Counted from the stretch's first letter, positions 9,615 through 19,698 are shown. The stretch: 64,000 nt of DNA from an uncultured Methylophilaceae bacterium (GCA_964484105.1 CAZAEN010000007.1:99599-163598); one strand, 5' to 3'. The notes: generated from the sequence alone by a model not told the origin. Numbers and translations are program-made.

Positions 9615-10343
9615 GTGCAACGTTTTATCTCCGTTATTACCAAACTTCTATTTTTATTTTTTACGCTTAGTTTTTTAAATTTCAGCGTTAGTTTTGCCGC
9701 GGAAACCTACCCTAAAAATCTTCAACTGACTTACGCTGTCACCAAAAATGGCCAGCCGTTTGCCACCGTGCATGAAAGTTTCACGGTCAGCGGCAACAGC
9801 TACACGATTGAAAGCGCGACCAAAGGCATTGGTGTCTATGCGCTGTTTGGCGTGCGCCAATTAAAGAGCGAAGGTGAAGTGACCCCAGCTGGATTAAAGC
9901 CGCTCAAATTTGAATTACACCAAGGCAACGATGAGAAAAGAGCGTTGTTGACGACGTTTGACTGGCAAAATAATCAACTGAAAATGTTGGTGAAAGGCAA
10001 AGAAAAAACGGCACAATTAATTGCTGGCACGCAGGATTTAGCCAGCTTTGCCTACCAATTTATGTTTAACCCAGCGATGCTAAAAGAAGCGATTGTTATT
10101 GATTTAACCACTGGCAAAAAGTTAAACCATTACCAATATGAAGTGGCGCAAGAGCCATTGGACGTGATGGAAAAATCCATACAAACTTACCATTTAACGC
10201 CCGCTAAAAATGACCAACTCTCGAGCGAGACTAAAGAGCTTTGGCTTTCGCCAGCGCATTATTATGTGCCTGTAAAAATTTTGATTGTGGATGAATACGG
10301 CCAAAAACTTGAGCAAACCTTAACAGAGATACATGCAAACTAA
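9615..10343 (+). CDS. DUF3108 domain protein, secreted
   Basis: Signal-peptide-like N-terminus ending SFA-AE; GLKPLKFE, QDLASFAYQF, ELWLSPAHYYVPVKI motifs. Confidence 0.75.
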   Translation: MQRFISVITKLLFLFFTLSFLNFSVSFAAETYPKNLQLTYAVTKNGQPFATVHESFTVSGNSYTIESATKGIGVYALFGVRQLKSEGEVTPAGLKPLKFELHQGNDEKRALLTTFDWQNNQLKMLVKGKEKTAQLIAGTQDLASFAYQFMFNPAMLKEAIVIDLTTGKKLNHYQYEVAQEPLDVMEKSIQTYHLTPAKNDQLSSETKELWLSPAHYYVPVKILIVDEYGQKLEQTLTEIHAN

Positions 10344-11475
10344 TGGCGCGCAACATGCGCCTTGGTGGCGCGAATTTTTTCAAAAAAAATTAATCATCGG
10401 GTTGATTTTTTCTATTGCTTTGCACGCTTATTTGGCGGTGCAATTGTGGCAATATTTGCATCGCCCGAACCAAGTTCAATTTAGCACCATTGAGGCAACC
10501 TTGGTGAAAAACGAGCCGCCAAAAAAAATAGTGCCAGAAAAAATACTTGAGAAGTCGCCACCAGCGAAACCAAAGCCAGAAAAAAAACCTGAAAAAGTTG
10601 CTGAGAAACCAGCAGAAAAACCGCAAGAAAAATTGCCAGAGCCTGCCCCCGAGCCTGTGCCACCACCAAGTGCTGAGATGGCTTCTCCAGCAACAGAAGC
10701 GTCCACCGTGATTGAAGAAGAGGTGGCAGAAACACAAGCTGTCGAAGCGCCGATTGCAGCGGGTGATGACGAAGAAAAAACGCCTGCTTACCAATATGTA
10801 GAAACCCGTTTTGATGTTTACACCGATATTGAAGCAAAAAAAAATCGGACTGTGGCTGGCTCGGCGGAGATGGTTTACCAAACGCAAGAAAACGGCACGC
10901 GCTACCAAATTACCAATAAAGTTTCGCCCAAAGGCTTGGCGGCAATTTTTATCCCAGATTTATTGCAAACCAGCGAAGGCGCAATCGACGCGCAAGGCTT
11001 GCAGCCGATTGATTATTTATACAAATTTGGCGATAAAAAAAATAAAATCTATGCCGCACATTTTGATTGGCAAGAAAAAACCGTTACGCTGCAAAATGCC
11101 AAAGGCTCACAAACTAAAGACTTGACAGAAGGCACGCAAGATTTGCTCAGCTTTATGTACCAATTTATGTTTGTCGCACCCTTAAACAGCATGCATTTAT
11201 CGTTGACCAACGGCAAAAAACTTAGCGTGTATGACTACACGTTTGAAGGCGAAGAAGTGTTAGAAACTAAGCTTGGTAACATTCACACCGTGCATATTGC
11301 GCACGACGCGCTAGAGAAGGACGAAAAAACTGAACTCTGGTTAGCCAAGGAATATCGCTATCTTCCTGTTAAAATACGCAAAACTGAAAAAGACAAAGTG
11401 TATGAAATGCTGGCCAACAGCATCAAAACCGATGTTGGCGTGCTAAACGCCCAGCCTCAAAACGCATCCAATTAA
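10333..11475 (+). CDS. DUF3108 domain protein with N-terminal TM anchor and Pro/Lys/Glu-rich linker
   Basis: TM LIIGLIFSIALHAYLAV, PEK/PEP-rich linker, then QDLLSFMYQF and ELWLAKEYRYLPVKIR. Confidence 0.75.
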   Translation: MQTNGAQHAPWWREFFQKKLIIGLIFSIALHAYLAVQLWQYLHRPNQVQFSTIEATLVKNEPPKKIVPEKILEKSPPAKPKPEKKPEKVAEKPAEKPQEKLPEPAPEPVPPPSAEMASPATEASTVIEEEVAETQAVEAPIAAGDDEEKTPAYQYVETRFDVYTDIEAKKNRTVAGSAEMVYQTQENGTRYQITNKVSPKGLAAIFIPDLLQTSEGAIDAQGLQPIDYLYKFGDKKNKIYAAHFDWQEKTVTLQNAKGSQTKDLTEGTQDLLSFMYQFMFVAPLNSMHLSLTNGKKLSVYDYTFEGEEVLETKLGNIHTVHIAHDALEKDEKTELWLAKEYRYLPVKIRKTEKDKVYEMLANSIKTDVGVLNAQPQNASN

Positions 11476-11484
11476 GAGAACCCT

Positions 11485-12759
11485 ATGACCCCCAATTTAC
11501 TCCGCCAAGCCGCGATGGTGTTGACTAACCTACTCGAATTTAACAGCCCGGCCGATGCGAAACTCAGCGATTTTTTCCGCAACAACCGTGATTTAGGCAC
11601 CAAAGAACGCGCCTTTGTGGCTGAAACCGTGTATGGCGTGCTGCGCCGTTTGCGTTTTTTAACCGCCCTGACGACAGAAAATGACAACGAAGAACCTGAT
11701 GCACGGCAGCTGATTTTAGCGTGGCTTTTACGTGTGCAAGGCATGAGCATTCAAAAGTTAGAGGGGATGCTTAACGAGCAACAAAAAGAATGGGCGCTTA
11801 AAATTAAAGCAAAATCCACAGATAATTTGCCCTTAGCTGTGCAAGCCGACGTGCGCGACTGGCTATGGGAAAAATTAGTCAACCAATATGGTGAAGAAGA
11901 AGCGCTGAAAATCGCCCGTAGCATGCACGAATCAGCCACTTTAGATTTACGCGTGAACACCATTAAAGGTACGCGCGACGAAGTGTTTGATAAATTTTTA
12001 GCTGAAAACACCTCAGGCGAAAAAAATATCAGCAAAACGCCTTATTCGCCCACCGGCATCCGCATGCCGCTACGCCTTAACATTAGCCGCCACGTATTAT
12101 TTACCGATGGCAAAATTGAAGTGCAAGACGAAGGCAGCCAAATTTTAGCTTACCTTGTTGCGCCAAAACGCGGGCAAATGGTGGCCGATGTGTGTGCGGG
12201 TGCGGGTGGCAAAACCCTCGCACTTGGTGCGATTATGCGTAACACTGGCAGGCTTTATGCGTTTGATATTTCAGAAAAGCGTTTAAATAGCTTAGGCCAA
12301 CGGCTAAAACGTTCTGGCTTAAGCAATTTAACCGCACAAAAAATCACCAATGAAAATGACCTCAAATTAAAACGCTTAGCAGGCAAATTTGACCGCGTGT
12401 TGGTCGACGCGCCATGCTCCGGCATGGGGACGATTCGCCGCAACCCGGATTTAAAATGGCGCCAAACCGCAGAAGATGTGGCAGAACTCAACGTGCTGCA
12501 AGCCAGTATTTTGGCGCGTGCCGCCAAATTGGTAAAAACCGGCGGGCGCTTGGTTTACGCCACTTGCAGCTTGTTAAAAGAAGAAAATGAAGCAATCGCC
12601 GAGCAATTTTTGGCAAACCATCCAGAATTTAAGTTACTCAATGCCGCTGAAGTTTTGCTGCAACAGCAAATCAATTTAGATACTGGTGAATATTTAAAAC
12701 TACTCCCGCATTTACACCAAACCGATGGCTTTTTTGCGGCGGTGTTTGAGAAAGTTTAG
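11485..12759 (+). CDS. RsmB/NOP (Fmu/Sun) family SAM-dependent RNA m5C methyltransferase
   Basis: IEVQDEGSQ, DVCAGAGGKT, VLVDAPCSGMG, LVYATCS motifs. Confidence 0.92.
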   Translation: MTPNLLRQAAMVLTNLLEFNSPADAKLSDFFRNNRDLGTKERAFVAETVYGVLRRLRFLTALTTENDNEEPDARQLILAWLLRVQGMSIQKLEGMLNEQQKEWALKIKAKSTDNLPLAVQADVRDWLWEKLVNQYGEEEALKIARSMHESATLDLRVNTIKGTRDEVFDKFLAENTSGEKNISKTPYSPTGIRMPLRLNISRHVLFTDGKIEVQDEGSQILAYLVAPKRGQMVADVCAGAGGKTLALGAIMRNTGRLYAFDISEKRLNSLGQRLKRSGLSNLTAQKITNENDLKLKRLAGKFDRVLVDAPCSGMGTIRRNPDLKWRQTAEDVAELNVLQASILARAAKLVKTGGRLVYATCSLLKEENEAIAEQFLANHPEFKLLNAAEVLLQQQINLDTGEYLKLLPHLHQTDGFFAAVFEKV

Positions 12760-12846
12760 CAAAGGATTTTTCATAGGGCGTACTCGCCGCATTACTCAGA
12801 GTAGATAAAGTGTTTTGCATGCATTGGCACCGCAAGTGGTTGCGTA

Positions 12847-13347
12847 CTAGGCTGTCTTTTCAACAAACATGCGCTTTGAGGGTAACAGCAAGATTGTAAT
12901 GGCAGTTATCGATGATATTGCAATCAATATTACACCTAGATAAAAGAGAATCCCCAATGAGAAATTTGATATTAAGATTTCAGATGGTTTGCTGGGGTTT
13001 ACAAATGCATCTACTGACTTCCCGTTTTTAAATTTTGCTATGGTTTTTTGAACTGATGCTTTAATCAAACTGCAAGGCCCATCTTCTATTTCAAGTTTAG
13101 AACTTAAAGTCTGTTCGCCAAAAACATACTTTACGTTTATGACTGGACAAAATGTTATACCCTTGCGTCTGTGTTCCTGAGAAATGGACGATGAAATAAC
13201 CGTGGCCGTTACTACTGTCCAAGTTTTGAGATTGTCAACTTTTTTATAGCTAGGGTGTGCAAGCAATACACCAATCAATCCATTGAAAATAAAAACGGAA
13301 GCTAAAATAAATCTGGCAAGCAGCTTTCTTAGTGCGTACATTCCCAT
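12847..13347 (-). CDS. DUF3592-like membrane protein (AT-rich orphan)
   Basis: TM, W..VTATVISS, YVF, GKSVDAFVNPSKP, TM architecture. Confidence 0.6.
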   Translation of the reverse strand: MGMYALRKLLARFILASVFIFNGLIGVLLAHPSYKKVDNLKTWTVVTATVISSSISQEHRRKGITFCPVINVKYVFGEQTLSSKLEIEDGPCSLIKASVQKTIAKFKNGKSVDAFVNPSKPSEILISNFSLGILFYLGVILIAISSITAITILLLPSKRMFVEKTA

Positions 13348-13566
13348 TCCTTCAAATTAAACAATTCACCTAATTCGACTTTATAGGCTTTCACAAACAA
13401 TTCAATCGGTTATTGCCTGAAGTATCGAAAAATTTGAAAAAATTAATTACTAATTTTTAATTTAATTGGCGCACTACAAAGGGTTTTTACATAAAAATCA
13501 GATGGATTTGATGGGTATAAATAATGATAGGATGCATATATTTACAACTCTACTCGGAATATTAGC

Positions 13567-14781
13567 ATGACTAAGCTCAGCCTAAACAGCCAAATCCTTA
13601 TCGCCGCCATTCTTGGCGTTGCTCTTGGTTGGGCGGCGCATGGTGGTGAACATACCCCCGCGCTTTATATTGCTAATATTGTTGGTACTTTATTTATTGA
13701 TTTACTCAAAATGATTTTGGTGCCGCTGGTGTTTTGCAGCATTGTGGTGGGCATTGCTAATTTGCGTCAGCACCAGCAGATTCACCGTGTGTGGGTGCTT
13801 ACTTTGTGTTTTTTTGTTTCCAGCATGGCGGTGGCGATGTTGATTGGCATGTCAGCGAGCCAATATTTCAAACCGGGCAGTGGCTTGGGCGTGGCGATGT
13901 TTGAAGGCGCGATGCAAAATTTTGAAGCCAAGCAAATGCCGCTGCCAGAATTTATCAGCCACTTTTTGCATGGGCTATTTGTGAACCCGTTTAAAGCGTT
14001 AGCCGAAGGCAATGTGCTGGCGGTGGTGATTTTTGCGCTGTTTTTAGGCATTGCCTTGGTAGTCGGTGGCGAACGTTACAAACACGTGTTAGGCCTGATG
14101 CAAGAAGGGTTGGACATCACTATGCAAATTGTCGGCTGGGTGATGAAGCTTGCGCCATTTGGCATTGCAGCGTTACTGTTTAAGCTCACGGCCACGCAAG
14201 ATGTTGCGATGCTTTCCACCTTAATAAAATTTGTCGCGGTGATTGTTGGCACACTATTGCTGCATGGCGTGGTGGTGTTGCCACTTGCGATGTTTTTATT
14301 CACTGGAAAAACTCCATTGTGGTTATGGCAAGGCGCTAAGCAAGCGTTGATTACAGCGTTTGCCACGAGTTCAAGTTCAGCCACTTTGCCGGTGACGATT
14401 CGTTGTGTCACGCAACAGTTAAAAGTGAAGCCAGAGATTGCTGGCTTTGTGTTGCCGCTAGGCGCCACGGTGAATATGGATGGCACCGCGCTTTATGAGG
14501 GAGCCGCGGCGTTATTTATCGCTAATTTAGTGGGGGTAGAGCTAAACGGCGTGCATCAAATCATCGTATTTTTTACTGCCATGCTCGCTGCCATTGGCGC
14601 GCCGGGCATCCCCAGTGCGGGCATGGTAACGATGGTGATGGTGTTGCAAAGCGTGGGTTTACCTGCGGAAGCGATTGCGATTTTATTACCGGTTGACCGT
14701 TTGCTTGATACCTTGCGCACCACTGTGAATGTGGAAGGCGATATTGTCGCGAGCGTGGTAGTGCAAAAATATACAAGTTAA
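13567..14781 (+). CDS. Dicarboxylate/amino acid:cation symporter (DAACS)
   Basis: FATSSSSATLP, VLPLGATVNMDGTALYE, DRLLDTLRTTVNVEGD. Confidence 0.93.
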   Translation: MTKLSLNSQILIAAILGVALGWAAHGGEHTPALYIANIVGTLFIDLLKMILVPLVFCSIVVGIANLRQHQQIHRVWVLTLCFFVSSMAVAMLIGMSASQYFKPGSGLGVAMFEGAMQNFEAKQMPLPEFISHFLHGLFVNPFKALAEGNVLAVVIFALFLGIALVVGGERYKHVLGLMQEGLDITMQIVGWVMKLAPFGIAALLFKLTATQDVAMLSTLIKFVAVIVGTLLLHGVVVLPLAMFLFTGKTPLWLWQGAKQALITAFATSSSSATLPVTIRCVTQQLKVKPEIAGFVLPLGATVNMDGTALYEGAAALFIANLVGVELNGVHQIIVFFTAMLAAIGAPGIPSAGMVTMVMVLQSVGLPAEAIAILLPVDRLLDTLRTTVNVEGDIVASVVVQKYTS

Positions 14782-14800
14782 TTTAGTAAGAAAACGTTTT

Positions 14801-15334
14801 ATGTTGCATTTTTATAAAGCTGAATTGGTCGATGCCGATGCTATCGCCAAGCTCGTGAACTCGGCCTACCGTGGTGATGCCAGCCGCAAAGGCTGGACCA
14901 CCGAAGCCGATTTATTGGATGGCTTGCGCACCACCACACAGGATGTGGCAACCATCATCAAGCGTCATGATGCCTTTGTGCTAATCGGCGTACTAAAAGA
15001 TGAAATTGTGGCTTGCATGGCTTGTGAATGGCAAAATCTTGTAGGGAAAAACGCGGCACATTTTGGCATGATCGCCGTAAAACCCGCTTTGCAAAATAAA
15101 GGTTACGGCAAATTATTGTTGAAAGCCGCCGAAGCCATGACGCTGCGTGAATGGCGCGTGGTGGGGTTTTACCTCACTGTGATTTCTATTCGGCATGAAC
15201 TGATTGAGTTTTACGAACGGCTAGGCTTTAAAAAAACGGGCGAATTTAAAGACTTCCCCAACAACCCTGAGATGTGGCAGCCAAAAGTGGACAATTTAAA
15301 TTTGCTTTATATGGCCAAGTTAGTTGGCGGCTAA
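14801..15334 (+). CDS. GNAT family N-acetyltransferase
   Basis: AVKPALQNKGYGKLLL acetyl-CoA motif A; FYERLGF. Confidence 0.88.
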   Translation: MLHFYKAELVDADAIAKLVNSAYRGDASRKGWTTEADLLDGLRTTTQDVATIIKRHDAFVLIGVLKDEIVACMACEWQNLVGKNAAHFGMIAVKPALQNKGYGKLLLKAAEAMTLREWRVVGFYLTVISIRHELIEFYERLGFKKTGEFKDFPNNPEMWQPKVDNLNLLYMAKLVGG

Positions 15335-18300
15335 GCTTTAAATTTTTCTAATTTACTCATCACCAACGAATACGCGGCCGGGACCACCACTAAGGTGAGT
15401 AATGTTGAAGAAATCATCCCACCGATAATCGCGATAGAAAGCGGTTTATTCGTTTCACTGCCTGCGCCTAGGCCAATGGCGGCAGGCAACAGTGCCAAAA
15501 TAATGGTGAGAGACGTCATCAATACTGGGCGTAAACGCACAGGGCAAGCTTCGCTTAAGGCTTCGTGTACGCTTAAGCCTTTTTCACGTAATTGGTTGGT
15601 TAAGTCGACCAATAAAATGGAGTTTTTAGCGACCAAACCAATTAGCAACACGAGGCCGATCATTGAGTAAATGTTGAGCGTGTTACCGGTGAGCAAGAGC
15701 GCAATGAGGCCGCCGGTAATGGCGAGCGGCTGTGCCAGCATGATGATGACCGGCTGCAGAAACGAGTTGAATTGGCTGGCGAGTACCATGTAAAGCAAAA
15801 CAAAACCGAGAAGGAAAACAAAGCTTACGTTTTTCATGGTTTTGCCGAGTTCTTCAGCTTGGCCGATGTATTTTAGCTTGTAACCAGAGGGCAAAATTTT
15901 GGTAGCGGTTTCGTCAACTAAACGCACGGCCTCACCTAGTGGTACGTTCGGGTTAGCAAAAAAATTCACTGCGTATTGCAAGTCGTAACGGGCGATCACA
16001 GCCGCGCCTAACACTGGTTTAAACTGCGCTACGGCATCCAGCCGCACCAGCGTGCCGCTGGCGCTGCGCAAATAAATTTTACTTAAGTCTGGAATCTGTT
16101 GTAACTCACCTTCTGTGGTTTTTAGGCGAATGTCATAACGCTGGCCATCGCTGGTTTGGTCATTGTATTTCGCCACGTTAATGCCACCGACATATAAGCT
16201 GATCGCAGAGGCGACTTCATTGGCATTTAGCCCTAAATTCGCGGCGCGTACGCGGTCAATTTTAATATCGATTTGCGGTAAATCGAGCTGTACGTCCATG
16301 TCTACCTTGCCAAGATCACCGCTGGCATTGAGCGCATTTTGCAGATTTTTTGAGATGGTGCCGATTTCTTGTAAATTATTGCCAGTGACATTAAATTGCA
16401 ATTTTTCTGAGCGTTGTCCGCGCACAATCGAGGTAGATGAAGGAATCGCACGTACGCCGGCGATCGCGTCGAGTTCTTTTTTGAGTTCTTTTATCAGCTG
16501 CTGTTGGCTTTTTTTGCGAAGTTTTTTGGGTTTTAAGCGCACGTTTACATTACCTTGATTCACTTGCCCGCGCGAACCTAAACCGATAGTGGCAAAATAG
16601 CTGTCAATCTCAGCTTTGTGCCTGTTAATCACGGCTTCAATCAATTTCATGCGCGAGTCGGTGTAGTCCAAACTTGCACCCAGTGGCGTTTTAAACATTA
16701 TGCTAAAACTGCCTTCGTCCGTTTCTGGCACAAAGTCTTTTTGCACGTTTTTGAGCGTATAAAAACCAGTCAGGCCGATAAACAACGCTGTGAAAATGAG
16801 CACCCATCCGCGGTGGTTGAGTGACGCTGCGAGTAATTTACGGTATTGCCTATCTAAGCTATCTAGCATGCGCCCAAAAAAGCGATACACGGCATTTTCT
16901 TTGTGGGTTACCGACAAATAGCGGGAGCAAAGCATGGGCGTGAGCGTGAGCGAAACAAACAAAGAAACCAGCACGCCAAAGGTCACGACAACGGCGAATG
17001 ATTTAAAAAACATGCCCATGACGCCATCCATAAAAATCACCGGCGCAAAAATACACACCAATGAAAGTGAAGAGGCCATCACAGCGAACACCACTTCTTG
17101 GCTACCGATAATCGTTGTTTTAACACGATAAGCAGCAACGGCGAGCTTGTCTTTGAGGTTTAAGTTTTTTAATCCGTGATCAACTTCGCCTGACATATGT
17201 CGCAAAATACTTTCACGTACCACAATCGCGTCATCCACCACCACGCCGATGAGTAGTAGTAAGGCGAGTAGCGTCATGCTGTTAAAGGTGTAGCCGGAAA
17301 AATACATGATGGCGATGGCACCAAGCAGTGAAACTGGAATTTCCAAACAAATCATGATGGTGGAGCTTAACGAGCGCATAAAAATCAGCACGATTAGCGC
17401 AGCAAATAAAGTGCCTTCGACCAAATGTTCTTTGAGTGAAGCCACCATTTGGTTGATAAAAATAGAATCATTGGTTGAAATTTCTAATGAAAGCCCAGGT
17501 GGCAAATTAGGGCGAATTTCATTCTCTAATTTTTCAACTACGTCATGAATAATGTCAACGGTATTGGCGTTGGCAATTTTTACCATGCCAAGTCCCACTG
17601 TGGGTTTACCGTTGTAACGCGCTACTTGGCGGTTATCGCTAATACCATCTTCAATATTGGCGACGTCTTTTAAAAAAATAGGTACACCATTTTTTGAAGC
17701 AATGACAAGGTTGGCAAGCTCTTGAGTGGAGTGAAATTCTAAATCGAGCTTTAATAGTTGCTCGGCTTGCTGACTGACTAAAAATCCACCCGGCAACTGC
17801 ACGTGTTCGCGGTTAAACGCGTTGACTAAATCCGTCGCGGTGAGTTTATAAGCAGCCATACGTTCTGGTAATACATTGACGCGAATCACGCGATCACGTT
17901 TACCTCCGAGCCTTACTTCACCCACGCCGTTAATGGTTTCAAATTTCTTTTTTAATACGTTATTGGCGTATAAATTGAGTTGTTGGATCGTTCTGTCGCC
18001 AGTCAGTGCCAGCCAAATAATGGGTGAAGCCGTGGTATCAACTTTATAAATGGTTGGTGGGTCAGTATCTTGCGGGAGTTGCCGGATGATTTGATTTAAT
18101 TTGGCCTGCACTTCCGAATAGGCGACATCGATATCTTTATCAATTGCAAACGTAATGCTAATGCTAGAAACACCGGGTGAAGAAGCGGATTGGATATGTT
18201 CAATCCCCGGTGTGGTATTAATGGTGGATTCAATGACGCTGGTGATGGAGGTGTCGATGACATCCGGATCTGCACCCCGCAACGTGGTGTTAATATTGAT

Positions 18301-18432
18301 GACTGGAAATTCAATAGATGGAACGCGATCAATGCCGATGCGCTGATAGGCGATTAGGCCAAATAAAATAATCACGCCAGAGAGCATCCATGCGAGGACG
18401 TGGCGTTTAATCGAGAGTTCAGGAAGGTTCAT
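15331..18432 (-). CDS. RND efflux transporter permease subunit
   Basis: 1033 aa; GVVVDDAIVV, LTPMLCSR, GLVAKNSILLVD, RLRPVLMTS motifs. Confidence 0.95.
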   Translation of the reverse strand: MNLPELSIKRHVLAWMLSGVIILFGLIAYQRIGIDRVPSIEFPVININTTLRGADPDVIDTSITSVIESTINTTPGIEHIQSASSPGVSSISITFAIDKDIDVAYSEVQAKLNQIIRQLPQDTDPPTIYKVDTTASPIIWLALTGDRTIQQLNLYANNVLKKKFETINGVGEVRLGGKRDRVIRVNVLPERMAAYKLTATDLVNAFNREHVQLPGGFLVSQQAEQLLKLDLEFHSTQELANLVIASKNGVPIFLKDVANIEDGISDNRQVARYNGKPTVGLGMVKIANANTVDIIHDVVEKLENEIRPNLPPGLSLEISTNDSIFINQMVASLKEHLVEGTLFAALIVLIFMRSLSSTIMICLEIPVSLLGAIAIMYFSGYTFNSMTLLALLLLIGVVVDDAIVVRESILRHMSGEVDHGLKNLNLKDKLAVAAYRVKTTIIGSQEVVFAVMASSLSLVCIFAPVIFMDGVMGMFFKSFAVVVTFGVLVSLFVSLTLTPMLCSRYLSVTHKENAVYRFFGRMLDSLDRQYRKLLAASLNHRGWVLIFTALFIGLTGFYTLKNVQKDFVPETDEGSFSIMFKTPLGASLDYTDSRMKLIEAVINRHKAEIDSYFATIGLGSRGQVNQGNVNVRLKPKKLRKKSQQQLIKELKKELDAIAGVRAIPSSTSIVRGQRSEKLQFNVTGNNLQEIGTISKNLQNALNASGDLGKVDMDVQLDLPQIDIKIDRVRAANLGLNANEVASAISLYVGGINVAKYNDQTSDGQRYDIRLKTTEGELQQIPDLSKIYLRSASGTLVRLDAVAQFKPVLGAAVIARYDLQYAVNFFANPNVPLGEAVRLVDETATKILPSGYKLKYIGQAEELGKTMKNVSFVFLLGFVLLYMVLASQFNSFLQPVIIMLAQPLAITGGLIALLLTGNTLNIYSMIGLVLLIGLVAKNSILLVDLTNQLREKGLSVHEALSEACPVRLRPVLMTSLTIILALLPAAIGLGAGSETNKPLSIAIIGGMISSTLLTLVVVPAAYSLVMSKLEKFKA

Positions 18433-18488
18433 TTAAAAAACTCAAATTTCGTCATCTTGTTGGGTGTAGCGTAAAAATTTTATTCATT

Positions 18489-18600
18489 CGTCTTCCAGCG
18501 CAGGCGGAAATCCAGTCTAGTCGGGCACTTAGCTTTGCTCATTTAATTCACTACGTTACCCTTTAACTTTGTCAGGATTCTGGCCTTCGCAAGAATGACG
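18489..18600. repeat. Degenerate dRS3/REP-like doublet, copy 3
   Basis: cgtcttccagcgcaggcggaaatccag (18489-18515) and inverted arm ggattctggccttcgcaagaatgacg (18575-18600). Confidence 0.6.
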
Positions 18601-18614
18601 GCTTATGGCGTGTG

Positions 18615-19688
18615 TCACGGACTTACTTTCACTGGCGTGTTGTCTGTTAAAAACCCAGCACCATCGACGACAATAATGTCATTTGCATTCAGTCCAGATT
18701 GGATTTCGACCAAGCCTTGTTGGCGCAAACCAGTATTTACGATAGCTTGATAAGCGATATTGTTGCGTACCACATACACCACTTCTCCGGCGGGGCGCAT
18801 CACCACACTTTGTTCCGGCACCATCAGCGCACTTTTTTCTTCACCTAAAATCACGGTGCCATTCACTGTGGCACCCGGTTGCCAATCTGTGGCGTTTTGA
18901 ATGTCGGCAATTACATCGATGGTGCGGCTATCCTCAGCAATTAGAGGTTTAAGTTCATGAATCACGGTTTCAACCACTTTCTTGCTGGTTGGTGTACTTA
19001 AACGCACTTTTAAGCCAGCTTTGAGTTTTGCGCCAATATGCTCAGGAAAAGGCAAGTGCGCGCGTAATTTTTGGTTAGAAATGATTTGTACAAGCGGATC
19101 GCCCACTTTAACGTAATCGCCTTTATCGACTATTTTGGTTTGAATTACGCCGCTCACGGGCGCATAAATTTTGGTTTTGCCTGAGGTATGACTAATGCTG
19201 TTGACCCGTGCTTGCGCACCTTTGAGTTGCTCGTTTAGCACATCGAGCTGCGCAATATCGTTGTCAGCCGCAGTTTGTGAAATGAAATTTTTTTCAATTA
19301 ACGTTTGGTCACGCGCAACAATTTTTTTCTGATTCTCAACCTGTGCCTGAATGCGCAATACTTCAGTTTGCGCTTCATTGCGTTGCAAACCAAAGTCTGT
19401 CGCATCTAAAGTGGCGATAAGTTGTCCTTGTGTGACACGTTGCCCAACATTGACATGAATATTCACAACGCGCGCTGCAACTTCAGCGGCTAAGGTCGGG
19501 TCAGTCAAGCTTTCTAAAGAGCCGATAGCACTTTCTGAAATTTCAAGCGGACTATTCTTAAGCTGCGTTACTGTCACTAACGTGCTTTTGGTTTCATTTT
19601 TTTTAGGATCTTTGGCGGCCTCTGGCGATTTGCTGCAACTGGAGAGGCAAAGCATCAGACACAAAAAGGGGAGTAATTTATTCTTCAT
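18615..19688 (-). CDS. RND efflux periplasmic adaptor (membrane fusion) lipoprotein
   Basis: Lipobox-like LSSC; GQRVTQGQLIA, IYAPVSGVI, VPEQSV, GL..ND.IVVDG. Confidence 0.92.
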   Translation of the reverse strand: MKNKLLPFLCLMLCLSSCSKSPEAAKDPKKNETKSTLVTVTQLKNSPLEISESAIGSLESLTDPTLAAEVAARVVNIHVNVGQRVTQGQLIATLDATDFGLQRNEAQTEVLRIQAQVENQKKIVARDQTLIEKNFISQTAADNDIAQLDVLNEQLKGAQARVNSISHTSGKTKIYAPVSGVIQTKIVDKGDYVKVGDPLVQIISNQKLRAHLPFPEHIGAKLKAGLKVRLSTPTSKKVVETVIHELKPLIAEDSRTIDVIADIQNATDWQPGATVNGTVILGEEKSALMVPEQSVVMRPAGEVVYVVRNNIAYQAIVNTGLRQQGLVEIQSGLNANDIIVVDGAGFLTDNTPVKVSP

Positions 19689-19698
19689 TGTTAAGTTC

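Noticed and set aside
10390-10908. Several antisense ORFs over the DUF3108 linker
   Set aside because: Shadows of the low-complexity Pro/Lys/Glu codons of the + strand gene
12773-12850. Possible degenerate REP (tagggcgtactcgccgc ... ggttgcgtacta) between rsmB and the DUF3592 gene
   Set aside because: Arms too divergent to define a stem or match the other repeats
13348-13440. Short minus-strand frame resembling an HTH C-terminus (ELFVKAYKVELGELF)
   Set aside because: No start codon or upstream frame; too short to distinguish from chance
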